A stretch of DNA of 64,000 nt from Pirellulales bacterium (GTDB lineage Bacteria > Planctomycetota > Planctomycetia > Pirellulales > JBFWUW01): the NCBI GenBank assembly GCA_050247075.1, contig JBFWUW010000029.1, forward strand, positions 9,198-73,197, read 5' to 3'. Under the pieces are notes generated by a model. The model did no database searches, had not been told where the DNA came from, and saw only the letters and a list, made by a program, of their open reading frames with translations. Of this stretch, positions 26,828 through 35,975 are shown piece by piece (position 1 is the first letter of the stretch; each line of letters starts with the position of its first letter). The position numbers and the translations under genes were made by a program.

Positions 26828-28927
26828 ATGTCAAAGTACAACGTCAGTGATATTCGCAACATTGCTTTTTGCGGGCACGGGCACTCGGGCAAAACTTCGT
26901 TGGCCGACAAGTTGGTGAACAAGACCGGCGCGGTCACTCGGCCGGCCAATGTGGACGAGGGGACCAGCATCTGCGATTTCGACCCTGACGAAAAGCAGCA
27001 CAAGTACACGATTGAAACCAGCCTGGTCCACTTTGACCATGGCGGCAAGCACTTTCATGTGCTGGATACGCCTGGCTACCCGGACTTCATCGGCCAGACT
27101 GTTTCGGCCTTGCGCGCGGTCGATAATGCGGTCATCGTTATCAACGCCCATGCCGGCATCGAGGTGAATACCCGCCGCACCTTTCAAGAGGCGGGCAAGG
27201 CGGGCCTGGGCCGGTTCATCGTCATCAGCAAACTCGACACCGAGAACATCGACTTCGCCAAACTGCTGGAGAACATTCAAAAGACCTTTGGCGACCACTG
27301 CATCCCCTTCAACGTGCCGCTCGGCTTGAGCCACGATTTCCGCGGCGTGGCCAGCACGCTGGCCCCGCCGGCGGACGTACAAGGGGCCGCGGCCGATGTC
27401 TCCGCGATTGGCGAAACCTTGCTCGAAACAATTATCGAAGGAGACGAGGAGGTCATGGCCCGTTACTTCGAGGGAACCCAGCCCACCCCAGAGGAAGTCA
27501 CGTGGCTGGCCATCGACGCGATTGCCGAAGGCCGACTGATTCCCATCGTCTGTGTGTCGACCAAGTTAGATATCGGCCTGCAAGAGTTATTGGACTTGCT
27601 GGTGCGGTATGGCCTGCCCGCCGACCGAATCGCCCGCACCGCCAAAGCCGCCGACGGCAGCCAGGTCACGGTTGCCGCCGATCCGGCGGGGCCTTTGCTG
27701 GCCCAGGTCTTTAAGACCCGCATCGATCCATTTGTGCAAAAACTAAGCTACATACGGGTCTTTTCCGGAGGATTCAAGAAAGACGAAGGGGTGCATGTGT
27801 CGGGTGCCCGCAAGAACATCAAGCTGACCCAGCCGTTGACGATGCAAGGGGCGGAGAGCCATCCGGTCGATGCGGCCTGCGCGGGTGAAATCGTGGCGCT
27901 AGCCAAAATGGATGAAATGCATACCGGCTGCACGTTGGGTGATCTGGTCATGCCGCCGATTGCCTTTCCCACGCCCATGGCGGGCTTGGCCGTCACGCCG
28001 CACAAGCATGGCGACGAAGCCAAGCTTTCTAACGCCTTGCACAAATTGGTGGAGGAAGAGCCCACGCTCAAGATTGAACTCGACTCGCAGACCAAGGAAA
28101 TGGTCATGACCGGCATGAGCGAGTTGCACTTGCAGATTTTGCGTGAACGCTTGAAACGGCGCGACAAGGTCGAAGTCGATACCAAGGAACCGAAGATTCC
28201 CTACCGCGAGACGATTCAACAGCCAGCGGAGGGAAGCTACCGCCACAAGAAACAGTCGGGCGGCCGCGGCCAATTTGGCGAGGTCCACATCCGAATGTTT
28301 CCTCTGCCAGGCGGAACCAACATCGAAGAATACGCCACCAAAGAGCGTTTCCATTCCATGCGGGCGCACCACTACGACCCGGTGAACAACTTCTTGTGGA
28401 TCGACTCGATCGTGGGGGGCACAATCCCCAACAACTTTTTACCGGCCGTGGAGAAAGGTTTTAAGGAGCGCATGGCTCGCGGCGTGATTGCCGGCCACCA
28501 GGTGCAGAATGTCTGCGTCGAGGTCCATTTTGGCAAATACCACGACGTGGATAGTTCCGAGGCGGCCTTTAAGACCGCCGGAGCGATGGCCTTCCGCGAT
28601 GTCTTTCTGACGGCGAAACCTAGCCTGCTAGAACCGCATGTGATTTTGCATGTGACCATTCCCAGCAACAAACTGGGAGATATCACCAGCGATTTCTCCA
28701 GCCGCCGCGGCCGCGTACTGGGCATGGACTCGGCGGGTGGCGACATGCAGACGATTACGGCCGAGGTTCCCTTGGCCGAAGTGACGACTTACGCCCGCAG
28801 CCTCTCCAGTATGACCGGCGGCCAAGGCAGCTACACCATGGAGTTTAGCCACTACGACCTGGTGCCGGGCAACGTGCAACGCGAGATTATTGAGAAGTCG
28901 GCCATGAAGGAGGAAGAGGAGGAATAG
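26828..28927 (+). CDS. Elongation factor G paralogue (divergent GTPase motifs)
   Basis: 699 aa with the full five-domain EF-G layout. G1 GHGHSGKTS, G3 DTPGYPDF, G4 position SKLD. C-terminal EF-G IV/V-like blocks (GGRGQFGEV, AFKTAGAMAFRD). No rpsL/rpsG/tuf neighbours. Confidence 0.85.
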   Translation: MSKYNVSDIRNIAFCGHGHSGKTSLADKLVNKTGAVTRPANVDEGTSICDFDPDEKQHKYTIETSLVHFDHGGKHFHVLDTPGYPDFIGQTVSALRAVDNAVIVINAHAGIEVNTRRTFQEAGKAGLGRFIVISKLDTENIDFAKLLENIQKTFGDHCIPFNVPLGLSHDFRGVASTLAPPADVQGAAADVSAIGETLLETIIEGDEEVMARYFEGTQPTPEEVTWLAIDAIAEGRLIPIVCVSTKLDIGLQELLDLLVRYGLPADRIARTAKAADGSQVTVAADPAGPLLAQVFKTRIDPFVQKLSYIRVFSGGFKKDEGVHVSGARKNIKLTQPLTMQGAESHPVDAACAGEIVALAKMDEMHTGCTLGDLVMPPIAFPTPMAGLAVTPHKHGDEAKLSNALHKLVEEEPTLKIELDSQTKEMVMTGMSELHLQILRERLKRRDKVEVDTKEPKIPYRETIQQPAEGSYRHKKQSGGRGQFGEVHIRMFPLPGGTNIEEYATKERFHSMRAHHYDPVNNFLWIDSIVGGTIPNNFLPAVEKGFKERMARGVIAGHQVQNVCVEVHFGKYHDVDSSEAAFKTAGAMAFRDVFLTAKPSLLEPHVILHVTIPSNKLGDITSDFSSRRGRVLGMDSAGGDMQTITAEVPLAEVTTYARSLSSMTGGQGSYTMEFSHYDLVPGNVQREIIEKSAMKEEEEE

Positions 28928-29225
28928 CGCTGGATTTTTTTAACCGGCTGGGCTTGAACGGCGTATCGAGCCAAAGGCGCTTGTCCCGGCGGACGCGCGT
29001 GGTTTGGCTTCGATGATACGAATACTCACCAGTAGGTAGTTTGGCATCGAGTCGTTTATACGGCCTTACAGGGGGGAGGCGAGACGTATTGGATTATGGA
29101 TGGGGGTTGTAGGGCCAGTTGCGTTCCCGTTGGCAAGTTTTCGGGCATGTTTTTTCGCCTGCGCCGAAACACGATGTAAGTTTTTCATGAATTAGGGGCA
29201 GTCTTTCTCACATATAGAGGGCAAA

Positions 29226-29582
29226 ATGGGCAGTTTCTTAGCGGATTCGACACAAGAACTCCAACAATTCGCCATCGAGCGGTTGGTGCATGCGGCCAGT
29301 CGCGGAGATGACCGACGCGAAGCCGAACGGTTTCCATACTTTCAGCCGGTCGAGATCGCGGGCGGCAAGCAGCCGGACGGCAGTTGGATGTTCATTCGAG
29401 AGGTCTCTCAATCTGGCATTGGGCTGGTGCATAACCAATCGCTCGATTGCGGCCAAGTCGTTCTGGCCATTCAGGACGAGAGTGGGCAGGCCATGGAGCT
29501 GCCGACTGAGATTCTCTGGTGCAGGCCCTGTGAGAATGGCCTGTTTATCAGCGGCGGGCGGTTTGTAACGAGCGCTCGGTAG
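29226..29582 (+). CDS. Single-domain PilZ-like protein (putative c-di-GMP receptor)
   Basis: RREAER (RxxxR, 29316-29330) followed 24 residues later by EVSQSG (29400-29417), which resembles the (D/N)xSxxG motif with Glu in the first position. 118 aa. Confidence 0.55.
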   Translation: MGSFLADSTQELQQFAIERLVHAASRGDDRREAERFPYFQPVEIAGGKQPDGSWMFIREVSQSGIGLVHNQSLDCGQVVLAIQDESGQAMELPTEILWCRPCENGLFISGGRFVTSAR

Positions 29583-29636
29583 TCGATGTGCCGGCCGCCT
29601 CCTGGCAAGAATTCGAGAGCCGGTCAACGATAGCGA

Positions 29637-29676
29637 CTGTAGGAGGCGATTCCACCGCCTCCTACAGTTCTTTTTT
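29637..29676 (+). terminator. Intrinsic terminator made of two inverted REP cores
   Basis: CTGTAGGAGGCG attccac CGCCTCCTACAG is a 12-bp perfect stem with a 7-nt loop, followed by ttctttttt. It lies 55 nt after the PilZ-like gene stop and abuts the stop of the convergent minus-strand gene. Confidence 0.75.
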
Positions 29677-30786
29677 CTACATCGGCTGGCGTTGCCGAAT
29701 CGTGACGCCGAGACCGGCGGCTTGCAGCCTGGTCCACAACTCGGCCGAGCCATGCTCCTCGGCAAACGTGCGTTCTTCGGCCGTGATCGGAACGCACCAC
29801 AGCACATTCACGGGATCGCCGCGCATGTCGGGCAAGGCCGGTCGAGGAGCATCTGACGCATCGGATACGAACAGCACGCAAGGAAAAGCGTCGCCGCCAA
29901 ACGTCGCCGGTGTGGCTTCACAGGGCATCGTGTGGCCGTCTCCCAAGAACGTAAAGTAATGCCACGGCAACGCGCTTTGGGCGGAAATCCAGCCCGCCAG
30001 CCGTTTTAGTTCTTCCTCCGGACAAGACCGGTCGAAGGCCGCGGCAAACTCCACACGGCGGCGCGGCCGCGGATCCTCGTAGGCCATTTCCACGCCCGGT
30101 TGCGGCAACAGCGAGACGCCAATCGTGGTCAGAACAAACCGGTCGGGCCGGTCGAACCGCAGTAGCGCCTTCGGGGGCCACAGGCCGCCGTCGATAGCAT
30201 AATATTTGGTTGAGGGGCCGAGCAGTTTTTCCCAGGCCTCGACTTGGGCATCGCGAATTCTTGTCCAGTAATTCTCGTCGAGCCATTCGTCCCAAAACTC
30301 CTCGGCACGGTCAATCCTTTCTTGAACCGTCTCCGCCGTGGGAAGCGGCCAACACAGCAGCGACTCTTTCGCGCAATCGCGCGCATAGCCCACAAAGTCG
30401 CCAATCAAGCCGGACCAGGCCGGAATGACAGCCAGCACGTCGTCATCATCCAGCAGCGCCGCCCCGTCCCCCTCCTCGAACCAAACGATCCGCAACGTGC
30501 GTGGATCGAGCGGTTCCCCCGATTCCCTATCAACGCAATACTCGCCTGGCAGCAACATTCCACGGTCGGATTGGGCATTTTGCGATTCGTAATCGTCGGG
30601 CGCTGGCAGTCGATTACGCACCCAGCAAGACTTGATCTTTGTGTCGGGGTGCTGGGCTTGCTCGACAAAGTTGAGATAGAAATAAATCGTGCGGCCATCA
30701 TCCTCCACGACAGCCTGAACTTTGCCGTGCGGTGAAATGTCGGTCAGGAGGATATTGTCGTCAGACATGGGGGTTTCAATTTTCAT
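29677..30786 (-). CDS. Hypothetical protein with C-terminal suppressor-of-fused (SUFU)-like domain
   Basis: The C-terminal half (FVLTTIGVSLLPQPG...VEFAAAF...LAGWISAQSALPWHYFTFLGDGHTMP) resembles bacterial SUFU-like domains. The N-terminal half is unassigned. An alternative start is 30768. Confidence 0.5.
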   Translation of the reverse strand: MKIETPMSDDNILLTDISPHGKVQAVVEDDGRTIYFYLNFVEQAQHPDTKIKSCWVRNRLPAPDDYESQNAQSDRGMLLPGEYCVDRESGEPLDPRTLRIVWFEEGDGAALLDDDDVLAVIPAWSGLIGDFVGYARDCAKESLLCWPLPTAETVQERIDRAEEFWDEWLDENYWTRIRDAQVEAWEKLLGPSTKYYAIDGGLWPPKALLRFDRPDRFVLTTIGVSLLPQPGVEMAYEDPRPRRRVEFAAAFDRSCPEEELKRLAGWISAQSALPWHYFTFLGDGHTMPCEATPATFGGDAFPCVLFVSDASDAPRPALPDMRGDPVNVLWCVPITAEERTFAEEHGSAELWTRLQAAGLGVTIRQRQPM

Positions 30787-30996
30787 TGTTCAGAATTTCG
30801 CCCTTCCCCCAACTTATCTGTGCTGGGTGCGCCATTCAAACGCCTGGCGGCAAGTTGATTCTACGAAAAGAAGCCGTTGATTGCCTTGGTCTGAAAAATC
30901 CCCAGTTGGCGCTTGCGGTTGCCCGTTGCCGCTCGCACAATCAACGCTCTCGCGCGATTGATCTTCATTCCCCGCGTTACGGCGGGGGCAGACCGC

Positions 30997-32535
30997 ATGC
31001 TGGCCAAACTGCAAACGTTTTCACTGTTAGGAATCGACGCTCTGCCGGTCGAGGTCGAGGTGGACGTTTCCGACGCCGCTTTGCCCAAGACGGTCCTGGT
31101 GGGCTTGGCCGAGGCGGCCGTCAAGGAAAGCACGCACCGCGTGGAGCGGGCCTTGGCCAACTCCGGCTTTCAGCGGCCGCAAGGCCGCACGGTGATCAAC
31201 CTTTCGCCCGCGGAACTGCCAAAGCAAGCCGCCTCGTTCGACCTGCCAATTTCGCTGGGCATTTTAATCGGCAGCGGGCAGATGATCTCGGATCGGCTGG
31301 AACAATACGCCGTGATCGGCGAACTGGCCCTGGATGGGCACACGCGCCCCACGCGCGGTGCCCTATCGATTGCTATGGCCGCCGCCCGCCAGGGCCACCT
31401 GCGCGGCATCCTGGTTCCGGCGGAAAGCGCCGGTGAAGCCGCGGTCGTCGAAGGGATCGAAGTTATCGCCGTCTCCAGCCTGGCCCAGGCGGTGGGCTTT
31501 TTGGTGGGGCAGATCGACATTGAACCGACTCCGCCGCGCGTCGAGGAACTGTTCAGCCAGTTGGCCCATTACGAAGTGGACTTCGCCGACGTCCGCGGCC
31601 AAGAACTGGCCAAACGGGCGCTGACGATTGCCGCCGCCGGTTCGCACAATATCTTGATGCTCGGCCCTCCAGGCTCCGGCAAGACGATGCTGGCGAAAAG
31701 ACTGCCGACAATCTTGCCCGACCTGACGCCTGGCGAATCGGTGGAAACCACCCGTATTTACAGTTCGGTCGGGCTGCTGCCCGCCGGCCAGCCGTTGCTG
31801 GCCGTGCGGCCTTTTCGCAGCCCGCACCATACCATTAGCGACGCGGGCCTGGTCGGGGGCGGGTCGGTCCCCGCGCCGGGCGAGATCTCGCTGTCCCACA
31901 ACGGGGTGTTGTTTCTGGACGAACTGCCGGAGTTCAACCGTCGCACGCTGGAAGTCTTGCGGCAACCGCTGGAGGATGGCAATGTCACCATCAGCCGGGC
32001 ACTTTCCAGTACGACCTTTCCCAGCAGCTTCATGCTGATTGCGGCTCTTAACCCTTGCCCCTGTGGCTATCGAAACGATCCGCGGCGGCAATGCCATTGC
32101 AGCGTTCCGCAGATCGAACGCTATATGGCCAAAATCTCGGGACCGTTGCTGGACCGCATTGATATCCATCTGGAAGTCCCCGCCGTGCCGTTCAAGGAAC
32201 TCAGCAGCACAACACCCGGCACGTCGAGCGCCAGCATGCGCGAGCAGGTCGTCCAGGCGCGGGCCGTGCAAAAAGAGCGATTCGCGGGCACGCGTGTTCG
32301 CCAAAACGCCAAAATGGGGCACCGCCAAATTCGTACACATTGCGTGTTGGACGCTGAAGGCCAAAGCCTGCTTAAGGCTACACTGACGGAATTGGGGCTC
32401 TCGGCCCGGGCGCACGACAAGATCTTGCGTGTAGCCCGCACGATTGCCGACCTCGACCGTAGCGACAAGATCTTGCCGCAACACGTCAGCGAGGCGATCA
32501 ATTACCGCATGCTGGATCGGCAAATGTGGACCTGA
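30997..32535 (+). CDS. yifB: Mg-chelatase-like AAA+ ATPase YifB/ComM
   Basis: MLAKLQTFSLLGIDALPVEVEVDVS..., DFADVRGQELAKRALTIAAAGSHNILMLGPPGSGKTMLAKRL, GEISLSHNGVLFLDELPEF, and the CPCG zinc ribbon-like segment. Confidence 0.85.
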   Translation: MLAKLQTFSLLGIDALPVEVEVDVSDAALPKTVLVGLAEAAVKESTHRVERALANSGFQRPQGRTVINLSPAELPKQAASFDLPISLGILIGSGQMISDRLEQYAVIGELALDGHTRPTRGALSIAMAAARQGHLRGILVPAESAGEAAVVEGIEVIAVSSLAQAVGFLVGQIDIEPTPPRVEELFSQLAHYEVDFADVRGQELAKRALTIAAAGSHNILMLGPPGSGKTMLAKRLPTILPDLTPGESVETTRIYSSVGLLPAGQPLLAVRPFRSPHHTISDAGLVGGGSVPAPGEISLSHNGVLFLDELPEFNRRTLEVLRQPLEDGNVTISRALSSTTFPSSFMLIAALNPCPCGYRNDPRRQCHCSVPQIERYMAKISGPLLDRIDIHLEVPAVPFKELSSTTPGTSSASMREQVVQARAVQKERFAGTRVRQNAKMGHRQIRTHCVLDAEGQSLLKATLTELGLSARAHDKILRVARTIADLDRSDKILPQHVSEAINYRMLDRQMWT

Positions 32536-32560
32536 GCCGCTGCTTCCAGTTGGCGTTTGA

Positions 32561-32589
32561 TTGACATCGCTAGTTGGCAGGGTTAATTT
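32561..32589 (+). promoter_or_regulatory. Candidate sigma-70-type promoter for the first GspE/PilB gene
   Basis: TTGACA (32561-32566), 17-nt spacer, TAATTT (32584-32589), 117 nt upstream of ATG 32706. Confidence 0.3.
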
Positions 32590-32705
32590 AGGGAATGTAG
32601 CCTTAGTCTAGGCATAAACGTGGTTTATGTCGTTGAGTGTCCCATTCGGGCGTTCGCCCCGGCTCGATCTGACTTTCTTCCTTTCACGCCCAGGGATCAT
32701 CGTCC

Positions 32706-34415
32706 ATGGCGGCAGAGAATTTCGCTCAACTCCTTATCCGACAGGGGATTATCAGCCTGGACCAATTGGCCGAGGCCGAGCGTATGTCGCGGTCCTCGGA
32801 TGTGCGGCTGCCAGACGCCCTGGAACGGCTAGGGTACGCCACTGGCGAGGAGATCATGCGGGCGGTGGCTCAAGAGCATGGTTTGCAATATATCGACATG
32901 GCCGAAGTGGTCGTGCCACCATCGGTGGTGGAGCTGGTTCCAGAGTCGGTGGCCCGCGAGAACGCCGTGCTGCCGATGGGCGAATCCGATGGCGTTTTAA
33001 CGGTCATTATCAGCGATCCCTACGATGTCGATACGCTCGATAAACTGCGGTTTATTCTCGACCGCAAGATCGAAATCGCCCTGGCACCACGGGAAGCCAT
33101 CTTAGAGGCGATTAACAAATGCTACGGCCAAACAGAGGCCGAAAGCCAAGACTCGATGCTGCAGGAGTTCACCGATACGGCCATCGACTTTACCGAGACG
33201 ATGTCCGATTCTCAGGTCGTGTCGGAAACCGTGGACGAGACCAGCGCCCCCATCGTTCGGCTGGTTCACCTGATCATCTCCGAAGCGGTGCAACTCAGAG
33301 CCTCCGATATCCACGTTGAACCATTTGAAAATCGCGTTCGTGTGCGCTATCGAATTGACGGCATCCTGGTGGAACGGGACAGCCCTCCTCGACGACTGCT
33401 CAGCGCCATCCTGTCGCGTATTAAGATCCTAGGCAAAATGGACATTGCCGAGAGACGTCGCCCCCAGGACGGGCGGATCAAAATCACCGTGGGCGAAAAA
33501 GACCTCGATCTTCGCGTGAGCGTGCTGCCCACCAACCACGGCCAGTCGGTGGTCATGCGCTTGTTGGACAAAGACAACATCAAGATCGGCCTCCGGCAAT
33601 TGGGGTTGGCCGACGATGATTTTAGAACCTTCAAAAACCTGATTCGCCGTCCCAACGGAATTATCCTGGTAACCGGGCCAACCGGGTCGGGCAAGACAAC
33701 ATCGCTATATGCCGCGCTGAACGACCTGAATCGGCCTGACAAGAAGATCATCACGGCCGAAGACCCCGTTGAGTACTACTTGCCAGGCATTAACCAAGTG
33801 CAGGTCGCGCATGGTATCGGGCTGGACTTCGCCCGCATCATTCGCGCCATGTTGCGTCAGGCACCCAATGTGATCTTGGTGGGGGAGATGCGAGATACCG
33901 AGACGGCGGAGATGGGAATTCAAGCTTCTCTGACTGGACACTTGGTTTTCAGTACTCTACATACGAACGATGCGCCCGGTGCTATTACGCGCATGATCGA
34001 TATGGGCGTGCCGCCATATCTGGTCGCCAGCAGCATTATTGCCGTCATGGCTCAGCGGCTCACCCGTGTTGTTTGCACAAAATGTAAACAACCGTACACA
34101 CCCAGCGACTCCCTTCTGGAGACCGCCGGCGTCACTCCCGAGATGAGTAAGACGGCCACCTTTATGAAGGGGCGAGGGTGCGGTAACTGTGGAAAGTCTG
34201 GCTACCGGGGCCGGTTGGGGCTGTACGAACTGATGCTAATGACGGGCAAAATTCGCGAGCAAGCGTTCCAAGGCGCCTCCTCACAAGAAATCAGAAAAAC
34301 AGCCATATCTCAAGGCATGAAAACGCTTTACCGCGATGGATTGGCCAAAGCGATGAAAGGTGTCACGACCCTGGACGAGGTCTTCCGTGTCGCCAAGAAA
34401 ACGGACGACGACTGA
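32706..34415 (+). CDS. GspE/PilB-type secretion/pilus assembly ATPase, copy 1
   Basis: GSPII_E N-terminal domain, Walker A GPTGSGKTTSLYA, Asp box, Walker B ILVGEMRD, His box LVFSTLHTNDA, tetracysteine CTKC...CGNC. Confidence 0.85.
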   Translation: MAAENFAQLLIRQGIISLDQLAEAERMSRSSDVRLPDALERLGYATGEEIMRAVAQEHGLQYIDMAEVVVPPSVVELVPESVARENAVLPMGESDGVLTVIISDPYDVDTLDKLRFILDRKIEIALAPREAILEAINKCYGQTEAESQDSMLQEFTDTAIDFTETMSDSQVVSETVDETSAPIVRLVHLIISEAVQLRASDIHVEPFENRVRVRYRIDGILVERDSPPRRLLSAILSRIKILGKMDIAERRRPQDGRIKITVGEKDLDLRVSVLPTNHGQSVVMRLLDKDNIKIGLRQLGLADDDFRTFKNLIRRPNGIILVTGPTGSGKTTSLYAALNDLNRPDKKIITAEDPVEYYLPGINQVQVAHGIGLDFARIIRAMLRQAPNVILVGEMRDTETAEMGIQASLTGHLVFSTLHTNDAPGAITRMIDMGVPPYLVASSIIAVMAQRLTRVVCTKCKQPYTPSDSLLETAGVTPEMSKTATFMKGRGCGNCGKSGYRGRLGLYELMLMTGKIREQAFQGASSQEIRKTAISQGMKTLYRDGLAKAMKGVTTLDEVFRVAKKTDDD

Positions 34416-34666
34416 GCCGGCAACAGGTTCAGTGTGGCCGCGGCTATCCAGTCTACACGGCGCAAACCAAGCTTTGATTCCCCCTATTCAGATGATTTCA
34501 AACTGACGACGCAAATATCCATGCAAAATGTATACATTACTTTTGAATTCGTTCGCTGATCGCTTTTACGGGGCTGCTTCGCTACTCAGGCGAACACACT
34601 TTCTTCATCGTAATTTTCCCCTCTTCATTTGGCTGCCAGCGCGGTACGTGCGAATAATCAACTCGT

Positions 34667-34688
34667 CGCGGGGAATGCATTCCCCGCG
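34667..34688. promoter_or_regulatory. Perfect 22-bp palindrome upstream of pilT (operator or 5'-UTR hairpin candidate)
   Basis: CGCGGGGAATG|CATTCCCCGCG, ending 42 nt before ATG 34731 and preceded by a visibly AT-richer stretch (about 34500-34660). Confidence 0.5.
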
Positions 34689-34730
34689 AAGCACGTCACG
34701 CCGGTCGCCGCATTTTAGAAAAGTCACATC

Positions 34731-35900
34731 ATGGCCATTCTGATCGACAAGCTGTTGCAGACGGTCATTGCCCAGGGGGCCAGCGACTTGCACATTTCGG
34801 TCGGCCAGCCGCCGGTACTGCGCCTGCACGGTCACATGGCCAAAGTGCCGACCAAGATTCTGGAGCCGGCCGATACGGTTGGCCTGATGAAACAGATCAC
34901 GCCCGAGCGCTGCCAGCAGCAGCTAGCCGAACTTGGCGGGGCAGACTTTGGTTTTGCCTTTGGCGACCAGGCGAGGTTCCGCGTTTCCATATTTAAGCAA
35001 CGCAGCCATGTCGGCATGGTGCTGCGGATTATCCCCAACTCCATGCTCTCGGTTGAGCAACTTAAGCTGCCTTGGCCATGCGTTGACCTGGTCAAGCGGC
35101 CCCGCGGGTTGTTCTTGGTGACGGGCCCCACCGGTTCGGGCAAGAGCACCACATTGGCCGGGCTGGTGAATTATCTCAATGAGAACGTCGACCACCACAT
35201 CATTACGGTCGAAGACCCCATTGAGTTCTACCACTACCATAAGAAATCGACGATCAACCAGCGTGAGGTGGGCGTCGATGTGCAAAGCTTCTCGGCCGCT
35301 TTGCGGGCTGCCTTGCGGCAAGACCCCGACGTGATCCTGGTCGGCGAAATGCGCGATCTGGAAACGATCGAAGCGGCCATTACGGCGGCCGAGACGGGCC
35401 ACGTCGTCTTCGGAACGCTGCATACCAATTCGGCCGAGGGCACGGTCAACCGCATCATCGACGTCTTTCCCAACTCGCAACAAGACCAGATTCGCACGCA
35501 GTTGGCTTCGTCCATCATTGGCATTTTGTGCCAACAGCTAATTCCCAAGATCGGCGGCGGCCGCGTGGCCGCCCATGAAATGCTGGTGGTCACGCCCGCC
35601 ATTTCCAACCTGATTCGCGAGAACAAGATTTTCCGTATCACATCGTCGATACAGACGGGTGCCAAATACGGCATGATACTGTTGGACGACTCGCTCTTCA
35701 ACCATTGGAAGGCCAAGGCAGTGAGCAAGGAAGATGCCTTAAGCAAGGCCAACAAGCCGGACGACCTGCGGCTGCGCATCGAACGGGCGGAAAAAGGCCT
35801 GCTCGACGGGGAGGAAGACGACGATGACGACGACGATGATGATGATGACGATGATCCCCGCGCCGCGATGCGGGCGCGAATGGATGGCAAGAAAAAGTAG
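34731..35900 (+). CDS. pilT: PilT-type retraction ATPase with polyaspartate C-terminal tail
   Basis: ASDLHISVGQPP, Walker A GPTGSGKSTTLA, VILVGEMRD, VFGTLHTNSA, and the PilT-specific AISNLIRENK motif. Tail EEDDDDDDDDDDDDD lies at 35811-35855. Confidence 0.85.
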   Translation: MAILIDKLLQTVIAQGASDLHISVGQPPVLRLHGHMAKVPTKILEPADTVGLMKQITPERCQQQLAELGGADFGFAFGDQARFRVSIFKQRSHVGMVLRIIPNSMLSVEQLKLPWPCVDLVKRPRGLFLVTGPTGSGKSTTLAGLVNYLNENVDHHIITVEDPIEFYHYHKKSTINQREVGVDVQSFSAALRAALRQDPDVILVGEMRDLETIEAAITAAETGHVVFGTLHTNSAEGTVNRIIDVFPNSQQDQIRTQLASSIIGILCQQLIPKIGGGRVAAHEMLVVTPAISNLIRENKIFRITSSIQTGAKYGMILLDDSLFNHWKAKAVSKEDALSKANKPDDLRLRIERAEKGLLDGEEDDDDDDDDDDDDDPRAAMRARMDGKKK

Positions 35901-35975
35901 TGCCGCCTGGAAGGCGCAGCGGTGACGAAAGGCGCGGAGTTTTTTTGAACTGTAAATTCATCAGGCAACACGGAC

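Noticed and set aside
28925-28942. T-run after the EF-G paralogue stop as an intrinsic terminator
   Set aside because: Seven Ts are present, but the only upstream self-complementarity is the 6-mer AGCGCT, so there is no convincing stem.
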